Below, in pieces: positions 47,637 through 55,385 of a DNA stretch of 64,000 nt. Below the pieces are notes generated by a model. The model was not told where the DNA came from. It saw only the letters and a list, made by a program, of their open reading frames with translations, and did not search any database. The stretch spans positions 2,334,610-2,398,609 of the forward strand of contig OY970237.1 in the NCBI GenBank assembly GCA_963715385.1. Direction: 5' to 3'. The position numbers were made by a program, and so were the translations under genes. Source of the stretch: an uncultured Solirubrobacteraceae bacterium (lineage in GTDB: Bacteria; Actinomycetota; Thermoleophilia; Solirubrobacterales; Solirubrobacteraceae). How positions within the stretch are numbered: the stretch's first letter is position 1; each line of letters opens with the position of its first letter.

Positions 47637-48187
47637 TATTCGCTCCGTTCGGGGTCGTGCCTTAGTTTAAGTGATATCGGGGCAAAAAGCTCCGCCCAGT
47701 CGCGGGGATCGTCACCAGAGGTGTCCACGCAGCCCAGAGTGTCCAAATGCAGATTGAGCGGCATCATTGCGCGCAGATCGGTCGCTACTGCCTCACGTTC
47801 GGCTTCGTCAAGGGAGCCATAGATCGCGCTTAGATGCGGAAGATAGGGACGCGCTTGCTTGTGGCGCAAGGCGCGCCCACAGGCAGATCGGACGGCAAGT
47901 AGTGGCGCAGTCGCAGGGCATACGAAGAAGACACATTGGTAATAGGCTGTCGTATGCTCGACCGAATCGACTTGCAGGTCGATCGGCAGCTGGTCACAGG
48001 CGATCTCATCTAGAAGGCGCTCCACGTCGGCGATGTTAGCGGCGTCGCCGTTCCCGATGACGGTGACGTGAGGCGGAAATGGAGGGGTCCCGTGGGCAGC
48101 GGATAGCCGGTTGATGACCGCGGCGAGCTTGTCGGCCTGCTCTGCGCATGGGCGTAGCCATATCGAGAGTGCTCGGCTGGAAGTCAT
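47636..48187 (-). CDS. 2H phosphoesterase / cyclic phosphodiesterase
   Basis: PPHVT and LPHLS motifs; TAATG coupling to radical SAM gene. Confidence 0.85.
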   Translation of the reverse strand: MTSSRALSIWLRPCAEQADKLAAVINRLSAAHGTPPFPPHVTVIGNGDAANIADVERLLDEIACDQLPIDLQVDSVEHTTAYYQCVFFVCPATAPLLAVRSACGRALRHKQARPYLPHLSAIYGSLDEAEREAVATDLRAMMPLNLHLDTLGCVDTSGDDPRDWAELFAPISLKLRHDPERSE

Positions 48188-48224
48188 TCCACGCCTGCAA
48201 ACATATCGAGCTGGCATCGCTCCA

Positions 48225-48821
48225 TCAGATAAGGCCGAGCAAGTGTGCCGCGCCAAGCACTGCGGACACCGCTACTGCGCTGGTCGCGAAGTTTTGAAGT
48301 CCGGATGCGAGCAAGTCGCGCACACTGGGACCAGTTGTTTCCATCGCCCGGTGTTTGGTAAGGGGGTTGCGAGCCGGCGCATTTTTCGGTTCCGGGTCGA
48401 CGATCCCAAACCATACGCTCCCAAGGAGGAGTCCGCGCTCGATACGAACAGCCTTCTTCCCAGCATTGAAGACTGTGGGCTTGATCTGCCCCTCGAAGTT
48501 CGGATCGACCTTGAGGTTAGCGACGAGCAGTCCGTTGGCCGCCTGCGATGTCTTCGAACATACCTGCCCGAACACATTCTTGGGCGTTTTGATTTTCTCG
48601 TCAACCTCAATGCGCACGCACTCGCCGGGCTTTAGTGCGAAGCCCTTCTCTCCTATATCCTGCTCGCCGCCGAAATCGACCTCGTAGACCTCTCCGACAT
48701 GGAGATCGAGCGCGACACGCTCTGGCCCCTTCAACATCTTCTTGATCAGATCAACGTCCTCGTCCCGAGCACTTTCGACAGTGATTTCAGCTTTTCCCCA
48801 GCACTCAATAGGAATGATCAC
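48225..48821 (-). CDS. dCTP deaminase/dUTPase-fold protein with C-terminal hydrophobic helix
   Basis: DLHVG, LKPGE, SKTS, VDPNFEG, VFNAG; tail FATSAVAVSAVLGAAHLLGLI. Confidence 0.7.
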   Translation of the reverse strand: MIIPIECWGKAEITVESARDEDVDLIKKMLKGPERVALDLHVGEVYEVDFGGEQDIGEKGFALKPGECVRIEVDEKIKTPKNVFGQVCSKTSQAANGLLVANLKVDPNFEGQIKPTVFNAGKKAVRIERGLLLGSVWFGIVDPEPKNAPARNPLTKHRAMETTGPSVRDLLASGLQNFATSAVAVSAVLGAAHLLGLI

Positions 48822-49056
48822 TCACGGCCCCTCCAGTTAGCCTCTGCCGAGCTTGCCGCCTGACGCCTAGCAGATCTGAATGTCGGAATAATAGCCGCTG
48901 ATGATCTTCAGCGCATCCCTGGAGTCGCCCTGTCAGTCTCGGTGCTCGCCTGTCGCACAAGTGCCATTCGGCGGCGGGCATTCTCCCGTAGGCCGTAGCG
49001 CAGTATTGCTGCGTGGTGGCCTACGGGATCAGCCGTATGCGCTTCGGGTTCGATGG

Positions 49057-49317
49057 TTAGACGACGCGCCCGCCTTGTAGCTCGGTGTAGCGGATCGCTT
49101 GCCGAGTGGCGAAGATGAATCCGTCGACCGTTCGGTGGATGAGCCCCGCTCGGCGCAGAGACCCCAGGGCGTCGTCTGCGTCGATTGAATCCCCGACCTC
49201 GCGGCCTATCTCGTCGGGGGACCAAATGGATTGCTCGGAGGGCTCGACTAGGAGGTGCAGGACTGCTAGCTCAACGGCGTCGAAGCGTTCGGCAGGTGTA
49301 CGCTCGTCATCGGACAT
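49057..49317 (-). CDS. Small winged-helix-like protein, paralog A
   Basis: GREVGDSIDADDAL..L...GLIHR...FIFATR.AI. Confidence 0.65.
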   Translation of the reverse strand: MSDDERTPAERFDAVELAVLHLLVEPSEQSIWSPDEIGREVGDSIDADDALGSLRRAGLIHRTVDGFIFATRQAIRYTELQGGRVV

Positions 49318-49466
49318 GGGAGATCATTCCTCTCTTGTCTCGGGCCTCGGCGCGGTGTCAGCCGCGTCGAGGCCACTTGGTTTTCGGAGCGCCCGAAGCT
49401 AGGTCTGTGCTGCGTGAGCGGTCAACGTGTGCGGCGGCCGCCGCGGACGGTCACGCTGACCCGCGC

Positions 49467-49718
49467 CTACCAAGTCGCGCCAAAGAGGTCGTGCAGGTGG
49501 ATGGCGGCGCGGGTGGGGAAAACGTAGTCGCCCTGGCGATGGATGAGCCCGACGTCGGAGAGGACGCGCATGGCGTCGAGGGCGACGATCAGGTCGCCGA
49601 CGTGGCGGCCAAGTTGCTCGACCGTGTACCAGTCCTCACCGGCCCACAGGACGAGCATGAGGATTTGCCGTTCAAAGTTCGACGGCACGTCGTCATAGTC
49701 GAGGGCAGTCTTTGTCAT
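49467..49718 (-). CDS. Small winged-helix-like protein, paralog B
   Basis: GRHVGDLIVALDAM..L...GLIHR...YVFPTR.AI. Confidence 0.65.
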   Translation of the reverse strand: MTKTALDYDDVPSNFERQILMLVLWAGEDWYTVEQLGRHVGDLIVALDAMRVLSDVGLIHRQGDYVFPTRAAIHLHDLFGATW

Positions 49719-49786
49719 GGCCCAGGACGGTAGGCCAGCGGGGGACGGCGGAACAAGGTGTGGGACGAGGCGCGGGCCCGCTTCGG

Positions 49787-50146
49787 TCAGCGGGGTTTAC
49801 GACGACCGGCCACCGATGCCTCGATGCGCTCCATGCCGCTACGGATCGCGGCAAGCTCGGAAAGCACGCGCTGCTCGAAGGCACCGCTTCCGGCCTCGCG
49901 GCCAGCGATCCGCATCAGCTCGAGGCGGTCGGCGCTAAGCACCTCGGCCAGCCGCTCTATGACCTCATCGCCGGGCGGCCCGTAATCGCCGACCTCGACC
50001 CTCGACAAGTGACCAGGGCTCATCGGTAGCTGTTCGGCTACCTCGCGTTGAGTCGGCTTCTTCTCGCGGCGTAGGGAGCGGATGCGTTCGCCGAAGGCGA
50101 CGGCACGCTCGGCTTGGGATTTGGGGCGTCGTGCAGGCGCCACCAA
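49787..50146 (-). CDS. XRE family HTH regulator (5' end possibly altered)
   Basis: FGERIRSLRRE...TQREVAE....SPGHLSRVE.G. Confidence 0.8.
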   Translation of the reverse strand: MVAPARRPKSQAERAVAFGERIRSLRREKKPTQREVAEQLPMSPGHLSRVEVGDYGPPGDEVIERLAEVLSADRLELMRIAGREAGSGAFEQRVLSELAAIRSGMERIEASVAGRRKPR

Positions 50147-50403
50147 GCGCCGCTACAACCAAGCGTTCTTCCAGAAGCTCTACGTGACGCCCGAATGGGA
50201 TGAGCAGCAAGGCCAACTGGTCGCCCGGATCACCAAGGCCGAGCTGACCGAGCCCTATGCGCTGCTTCTGGCCGACGACTTGGCCGAGGGCGTACTGGCC
50301 GAGGCTGAGGCCATCACGGCCCAGGCCAACGCCGAAAGGGCTTCAGACAGCCAGATTGGCTATCCGAAGCCCTTTGCTGTCGCGTGTTCATACTTCGTGA
50401 AGA
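50134..50403 (+). pseudogene. C-terminal remnant of a large serine recombinase
   Basis: KRRYNQAFFQKLYV tail motif pointing at the tRNA 3' end; no catalytic domain; family call from recall. Confidence 0.55.
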
Positions 50404-50495
50404 TGGCGGAGAGGGCGGGATTCGAACCCGCGATGGAGTTTGACCCCCATACTCGCTTAGCAGGCGAGTGCCTTCAGCCACTCGGCCACCTCTCC
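50404..50495 (-). tRNA. tRNA-Ser(GCT), CCA encoded
   Basis: GGAGAGG acceptor, CTCGC-CTGCTAA-GCGAG anticodon arm, long variable arm, GGTTCGAATCC. Confidence 0.97.
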
Positions 50496-50565
50496 CGGGA
50501 ATAGGGGTGCCAGTGTAGAGACTGACAAGCCCTGCCGAGAGACCACGTAGCATCTGAGGCCCTCC

Positions 50566-50655
50566 GGAAGGGTGGCAGAGCGGTTGAATGCGGCGGTCTT
50601 GAAAACCGTTAGGCGGGCAACACCCGTCTCGGGGGTTCGAATCCCCCCCCTTCCG
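50566..50655 (+). tRNA. tRNA-Ser(TGA), CCA not encoded
   Basis: GGAAGGG/CCCTTCC acceptor, GCGGT-CTTGAAA-ACCGT anticodon arm, GGTTCGAATCC. Confidence 0.97.
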
Positions 50656-50807
50656 TCCCGCGTCTAGTGGCCCCTCATGGCGACATCGCGTGTCGCATGT
50701 CCGGGTAGAGCTTGATCTGACGATCGTCTGCGAGCCCGGCCCAGGGTGGCGAGTCATCGGGTCGATTCCGGAGGTCGCTGGGGTCTCAGCCGGGGCCGCG
50801 GGTTGCG

Positions 50808-51254
50808 TCAGAGATGGTGGGGCGCTGCTGCAAGCAGCGGCGTAATGCGAGTTACGAGTGTGATTGCCTCATTGGTAGCCGCGGCTGCCTTGATGGTCGT
50901 CCAGAGCTTGCGGACCTTCTGCCCATCGGGTGCCTGGGCCTGGGTCTCGTCAGCGAGTCGCGCCGCGGCCCGCTCGGCCTCGGTCGCGCCCTCGTTGTCG
51001 AAGACCTGCCGAAGCTGAGCGAGCAGCTCCGCGAGCTGCGGCAAGTCTCCGCCCAGCGCGCGGGCGCCTATGGCAACCGAGGTGCTGTCGGCTCGCGCGC
51101 CGGCACCAATCGCCGTGCCGCCCTTGTTGCTGAGCACGTTGCCGTTTGGGTCGGCCAGCGTATAGATCGTGTTCCCGTCACCCATCGAGGGAACCGGCCC
51201 TGCGCCCACGTACGTATTCTCGTTGCCGATCCTCGGGGCATCGCCGCTCGTCAT
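50808..51254 (-). CDS. Hypothetical protein with AIGxxAxA repeats and helical C-terminus
   Basis: TAIGAGARADSTSVAIGARA; amphipathic helices. Confidence 0.55.
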   Translation of the reverse strand: MTSGDAPRIGNENTYVGAGPVPSMGDGNTIYTLADPNGNVLSNKGGTAIGAGARADSTSVAIGARALGGDLPQLAELLAQLRQVFDNEGATEAERAAARLADETQAQAPDGQKVRKLWTTIKAAAATNEAITLVTRITPLLAAAPHHL

Positions 51255-51372
51255 TTCCCTGCCATGATATGTGACGAGGCGGCGAGGCTCATCGGATTGC
51301 CGCCAAGCACAGCCTCGCGTGTAGCGCGTAACACACTGGCGTGATGTCGGGCCAGCGATTCGTGTGCGGCGA

Positions 51373-52002
51373 CTAACGGCCACAGCACTTCTTGTACTTC
51401 CGACCCGAGCCGCACGGACAGGGGGCATTGCGCCCAGGTTTAGTTTCGTGCGTGACCGCTGGTGGATCGTCCTGATGGCTACGGAAGTCTTCAAGGGCTT
51501 GCTCGACCGCTCGCTGTAGCTCGCTATGGACGATCGCGTCGTTTCGCTGGATCGCGTGCTCAACAGTCGCACTAGTCGCCGAGTGATCGCGGGATTCGGC
51601 TACCAGCTGCGCGGTGAGTATCACGAGCGCTTGGAGCAGCACCCATATAAAGGCTTGCCTTGCGCTGATCGGAACGCGCTCAAGAAGGCGGCCGAGTACC
51701 GGGGCGTCCTCTGCGATGCGTGCGGCTGCCTCCTCCATCGGGAGCGTGCCGTCATTTGCTTGCCGGGCAATCCCTGCGAACCGTTGAAGCAGCTCCCGAT
51801 CAAGACGAGTGGAACGCAGAGCCTCGAAAACGCCATCGCGAACGTTGAACTCGCCCTCGACGATACGGGCTGCTCCACCGCATCTTGGACAGGACTCGAC
51901 GTTGTTTTCGAGGACCAGGTGCCGCACGTAGCCCTCTACGACGATTCCACGCCCCTCGAATGTGTATCCGCATTGAGTGCAATGCGCCGGCAGTCCAACC
52001 AT
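51373..52002 (-). CDS. Zn-ribbon plus SEC-C motif protein
   Basis: CTQC...CPRC; KPGRNAPCPCGSGRKYKKCCG. Confidence 0.8.
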   Translation of the reverse strand: MVGLPAHCTQCGYTFEGRGIVVEGYVRHLVLENNVESCPRCGGAARIVEGEFNVRDGVFEALRSTRLDRELLQRFAGIARQANDGTLPMEEAAARIAEDAPVLGRLLERVPISARQAFIWVLLQALVILTAQLVAESRDHSATSATVEHAIQRNDAIVHSELQRAVEQALEDFRSHQDDPPAVTHETKPGRNAPCPCGSGRKYKKCCGR

Positions 52003-52135
52003 AAGAACTACACGCTACTCATTGCCGGGAAACGTCATCCGAAGCGCCGGGCGTGCAGCTCTTGTATTCGTTGCCAGCCGAGCGCATGTTTCGAGAGTCG
52101 TCCCGTCAAGCCCCGCTGCCGAGGCAAGGATCCGC

Positions 52136-52438
52136 TCAATACGGACCGAATCGGCGCGGCTGTTGCAGCAGCTCGCGGATTCTCTGAAGCACGAGACGGG
52201 CGAGGACGATCGCCGAGAAGGCGAGCACCAGCGTGACGGCGTACAGGTAGGCGAGCGAGACGATCAGGACACCGGCGAAGCCGGCCACGTCTCCGGCGCG
52301 TTCGCCGAGCCACCAGAACGGAAACGCCAAGCCGACGATTGTGGCCGCCATCACCAGCACCAGCGCGAGCAGATGGTAGAGCCGGTAGCCGGTCCAGCGA
52401 CGAACCAGCCAGTAGATCGGAGCGCCCAGACCGTGCAT
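52136..52438 (-). CDS. Small membrane protein
   Basis: Two long hydrophobic segments. Confidence 0.55.
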   Translation of the reverse strand: MHGLGAPIYWLVRRWTGYRLYHLLALVLVMAATIVGLAFPFWWLGERAGDVAGFAGVLIVSLAYLYAVTLVLAFSAIVLARLVLQRIRELLQQPRRFGPY

Positions 52439-52478
52439 CCTGCAAAAGGCTACTCCCAGCCGTGAGGCGATCGAACGC

Positions 52479-53489
52479 CTACAGCAGCTCCAGATCTCCC
52501 AGTGAGAGTGCCCACGAGGCCGCCAGCGTCGGGTCGGGAACGATGCCCTCGCGCAGCGGATTCGCGGTCAGAGCAGCGCCGCGAAGCGACTCGAGAAAGC
52601 CGCATCGCGCAGCCTGGCGGCGCGATGGAAAGGCACATGCGACGCCATCCACCGGGGCGGCCCTCCTGACACCGCGCAGGAGCCGGCGGACGATCCGCCG
52701 TTCGCCGCGCTCGGCCAACAGCTCACAGACCTGGGAGACCCAGAAGCGCCCGTGGCGGCGGACCCGGAAGATCGCCAGCCCGGAGCAATGCCCATCCTCG
52801 CCGGCCACGAGCGCCCGGTACTCCTCGAAGCGCCCGTAGCGCCAGCGCAGGTAGTCGAGATCCTTGGCCGTCACGTAGCGATCGCCGGGCTCGCCCGTAC
52901 GTTCGAGCAGGCGCGACAGGCCGGCCCCGTCATCCAGCACCGTGGCGGCGGTGTCGGCTTCGACGGAGATGCGCTCGGGGGTTCTCGATCCGCGTGCGGA
53001 CGCCCGCCGAACCGTCCCCCACGGCGTACCGCCGAGCGCCACGAAGCGCGGAACGCCGTTGACTTTGCGCCGGCCGGACTTGAGAACGCCTCCGCGGCTG
53101 TACTCGTTGGGGTTGTTCCAGCCGAAGGAGGTGTCCGGCGGGAAGTGCTCGCGGGCCGCGTTGATCAGCGCCATCGAGGCTCCGCGACGCCGGACGGCGG
53201 GGTCTACGGCCAGGTCGACGCCGCGAATCGTCTTTCGCAACTGGCCGTCGACCTGCAAGCGCCACGTCAGCAACCCGAGAAAGCCGATGATCGTGCACTC
53301 GGCCTCCGCGAGCAGCCCGATCGATGGCCCGAACGGACTGGCCATGTGCTTCCAGTGGAAGAACTCGGCCGCCGTGACCCCGTCCACGTGCCGCGGCCAT
53401 TCGCCGAACGCCGCCTGCAGCAGCTCGAGCACACGCGGCTCGTCCGCGGCCTCGAACACCCGAACGCTGACGGCGCCGCCGTGAGCCAT
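52479..53489 (-). CDS. GNAT family acyltransferase (tandem GNAT-like)
   Basis: FFHWKH..SPFG, GVDLAVDP..RRRG, FGWNNPN, YLRWRY. Confidence 0.8.
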   Translation of the reverse strand: MAHGGAVSVRVFEAADEPRVLELLQAAFGEWPRHVDGVTAAEFFHWKHMASPFGPSIGLLAEAECTIIGFLGLLTWRLQVDGQLRKTIRGVDLAVDPAVRRRGASMALINAAREHFPPDTSFGWNNPNEYSRGGVLKSGRRKVNGVPRFVALGGTPWGTVRRASARGSRTPERISVEADTAATVLDDGAGLSRLLERTGEPGDRYVTAKDLDYLRWRYGRFEEYRALVAGEDGHCSGLAIFRVRRHGRFWVSQVCELLAERGERRIVRRLLRGVRRAAPVDGVACAFPSRRQAARCGFLESLRGAALTANPLREGIVPDPTLAASWALSLGDLELL

Positions 53490-53513
53490 CGGCTTAGCCT
53501 ACGCCCGTCGCCG

Positions 53514-55385
53514 TTATGACACCTTGACCGTGCGGGCCGTGGCGATCACCGCGCCGGCCGCATTCAGCGCCTGTACCGTCATGTATGGGCCACCAACTCC
53601 CGCCGGCAGCGCGATCGCGGTCTCGAAACCGGTGCGCCCAAGTTCTGCCACCGGCTTCAGACTGCCCGGAGCCGTGCCCGACAGCACCCGCCAGCCGCTC
53701 ACGAGCGTGGCGCCGTTCCAACTGGCGTAGACGGCGCCGGCGCCGTGCGCGCCCGCTTGAAAGGCGAACGCCGGCGCATCGGCGGGCGTGCCGGTCCACT
53801 CGAAGCGCAAGTCGCGGTAGGACTGTGTATGCGCCGGGAAGTGTGCGTCGAACAGCAGCGCTCCAGCGGAGTTGAACTCCGAGAAGCCCGGAACCTGGCC
53901 CCAGCCCGCGAACCAGTCGCCGTTTGCCAGCGCCTGAAAATTGCCTTGGCTGTCGGCCAGCAGCGGGGGCGGATGGTCGATCTGGCTGAGAAGCATCGCC
54001 GTCTTGTGCTGCGCGTCGAGTCCCAGCACGATCCCACGCGATTGGCTGTGCACCGCCGGCGAGGCGCCGTTGTCGAACAAGCTGATCGACCCGTCGGGGA
54101 GCTGGCGCGGGTCGTGCTGCCAGGCGGTTCGTGTGCCCGGCCCCATCTTGAAGCTGCTGCGCTTTCCTCCCAACCGCCACAGGATCTGGCCGCTGCGGGC
54201 GTCCAGGTCGTAGGTGGCCCAGGTGTTGCGAGCGGAGATCAGTAGGCTGCCATCCCCATCGACGTTGATCGAGTTGATGTGGAAGAAGTCGAACGGCGCG
54301 GGCGCCGAAGTCCTGGTGGCCTTCGCGTAGGACTCGCTCAGCGCGACGTGGTCGAGGCTCGACCACTGGAACATGACCAGCCCGGTCTTTACGTCGATCT
54401 CCTGCAGCAGTCCGTCGGTGATGCCGTCGTAGCGGGAGCCGCCCGCGGAGGAGAGGTCGCAGAGGATCGGCTGATAGGCGGTGATCAGCGCGGTCCCCTG
54501 CGGGGTCAGCTGAAGCTCGTGCAGGTCGGCCTGCACGCCGTTGCCCGCTTTCACGTGTGCGATCTCCTGATACGCCTGATCGGCGATCACTCCTTCGCCC
54601 AAGCCGTAGCCGTGGACCGAGATGTCCCCCTGCCACCAACTCAGAACCGGCTTGCCCAGGTACTCCTGCACGCGCAAGTTGGTCGCGAAGGTGTTCGCCG
54701 GCAGGGGCTTGAACCACAGCAGCCCGCCGCTCTGATCGAGAATCATCGGGCCGGCTTGCCCCGGCCCGGTGTACGGCGCGAGGAACTCATCGCCGGGCGC
54801 GACGGCGGGCGAGGAGGCGGTCACCGTCACGACCGGCGGGCGCAGGTCCGCCCGCGAGCGAAACGCCTGGACGTCGCTGGGTCGGCCGGGGTGGGTCGTC
54901 TCCGGCGTGGAGCTGATCAGGTCCCGATCGGCGATCGCGAACCGATCGAGGAGCGTATGCGTGGAGGCACCCTCGCGCAGCTGGGCACGAACCGTGACCC
55001 GCTCTCCTTCCGCGAACGGCCGCGAGGGCAGGAAGCTCGCACCGTTGCCCTGCGAATACGGAGCGAGACGCCCACCATGGGCGCCACTCTGCGAGCCGCT
55101 TACGCGGAGATCGCTCAATTGCCGTGCGGGGACCCCGAGAAAGCTAATCTGAGTCCGTGCTGAGGCATCGCGGCTGCCGGGCAGCGGAGACATCGTCACC
55201 GTGCCCGCCTGCACCGCGGAGGTGTTCAACGTGGCCGGCGTGCAGGCCGGAGCGCGTGTCGCCGCGAAGGCGTCCGCGGCGGATAGCCCAATCCCCAGCG
55301 CGACCGGCAGCCCTGGTAGGAGTAGAGCACGGACGATGAGTAAGAACCCCGAGCAGGACAGACGAGTCGATCGCCGCACGTTCAT
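53514..55385 (-). CDS. Secreted arylsulfotransferase (ASST) family protein 1
   Basis: DLHEL, DFFHINSI, SARNT, WQHDPR, SQGN; start uncertain. Confidence 0.8.
   Translation of the reverse strand: MNVRRSTRLSCSGFLLIVRALLLPGLPVALGIGLSAADAFAATRAPACTPATLNTSAVQAGTVTMSPLPGSRDASARTQISFLGVPARQLSDLRVSGSQSGAHGGRLAPYSQGNGASFLPSRPFAEGERVTVRAQLREGASTHTLLDRFAIADRDLISSTPETTHPGRPSDVQAFRSRADLRPPVVTVTASSPAVAPGDEFLAPYTGPGQAGPMILDQSGGLLWFKPLPANTFATNLRVQEYLGKPVLSWWQGDISVHGYGLGEGVIADQAYQEIAHVKAGNGVQADLHELQLTPQGTALITAYQPILCDLSSAGGSRYDGITDGLLQEIDVKTGLVMFQWSSLDHVALSESYAKATRTSAPAPFDFFHINSINVDGDGSLLISARNTWATYDLDARSGQILWRLGGKRSSFKMGPGTRTAWQHDPRQLPDGSISLFDNGASPAVHSQSRGIVLGLDAQHKTAMLLSQIDHPPPLLADSQGNFQALANGDWFAGWGQVPGFSEFNSAGALLFDAHFPAHTQSYRDLRFEWTGTPADAPAFAFQAGAHGAGAVYASWNGATLVSGWRVLSGTAPGSLKPVAELGRTGFETAIALPAGVGGPYMTVQALNAAGAVIATARTVKVS

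Larger units (their letters stand above)
41300..50403. mobile_element. Decayed genomic island next to the tRNA-Ser(GCT) 3' end; left boundary uncertain
   Basis: Lower GC by eye, accessory/defence-type genes, recombinase remnant, XRE regulator; no distal att copy found. Confidence 0.55.

Noticed and set aside
48830-49056. Possible ORF or ncRNA upstream of the five-gene operon
   Set aside because: No convincing start, RBS or stable structure identified.
33200-50403. Distal att repeat of the tRNA-Ser(GCT) 3' end
   Set aside because: Only short chance matches (e.g. ggcggagag near 33220) were seen by eye; the island's left boundary remains unproven.
50082-50504. 140-aa ORF as an intact gene
   Set aside because: Composite of XRE antisense, recombinase tail and tRNA antisense (MAERAGFEP).
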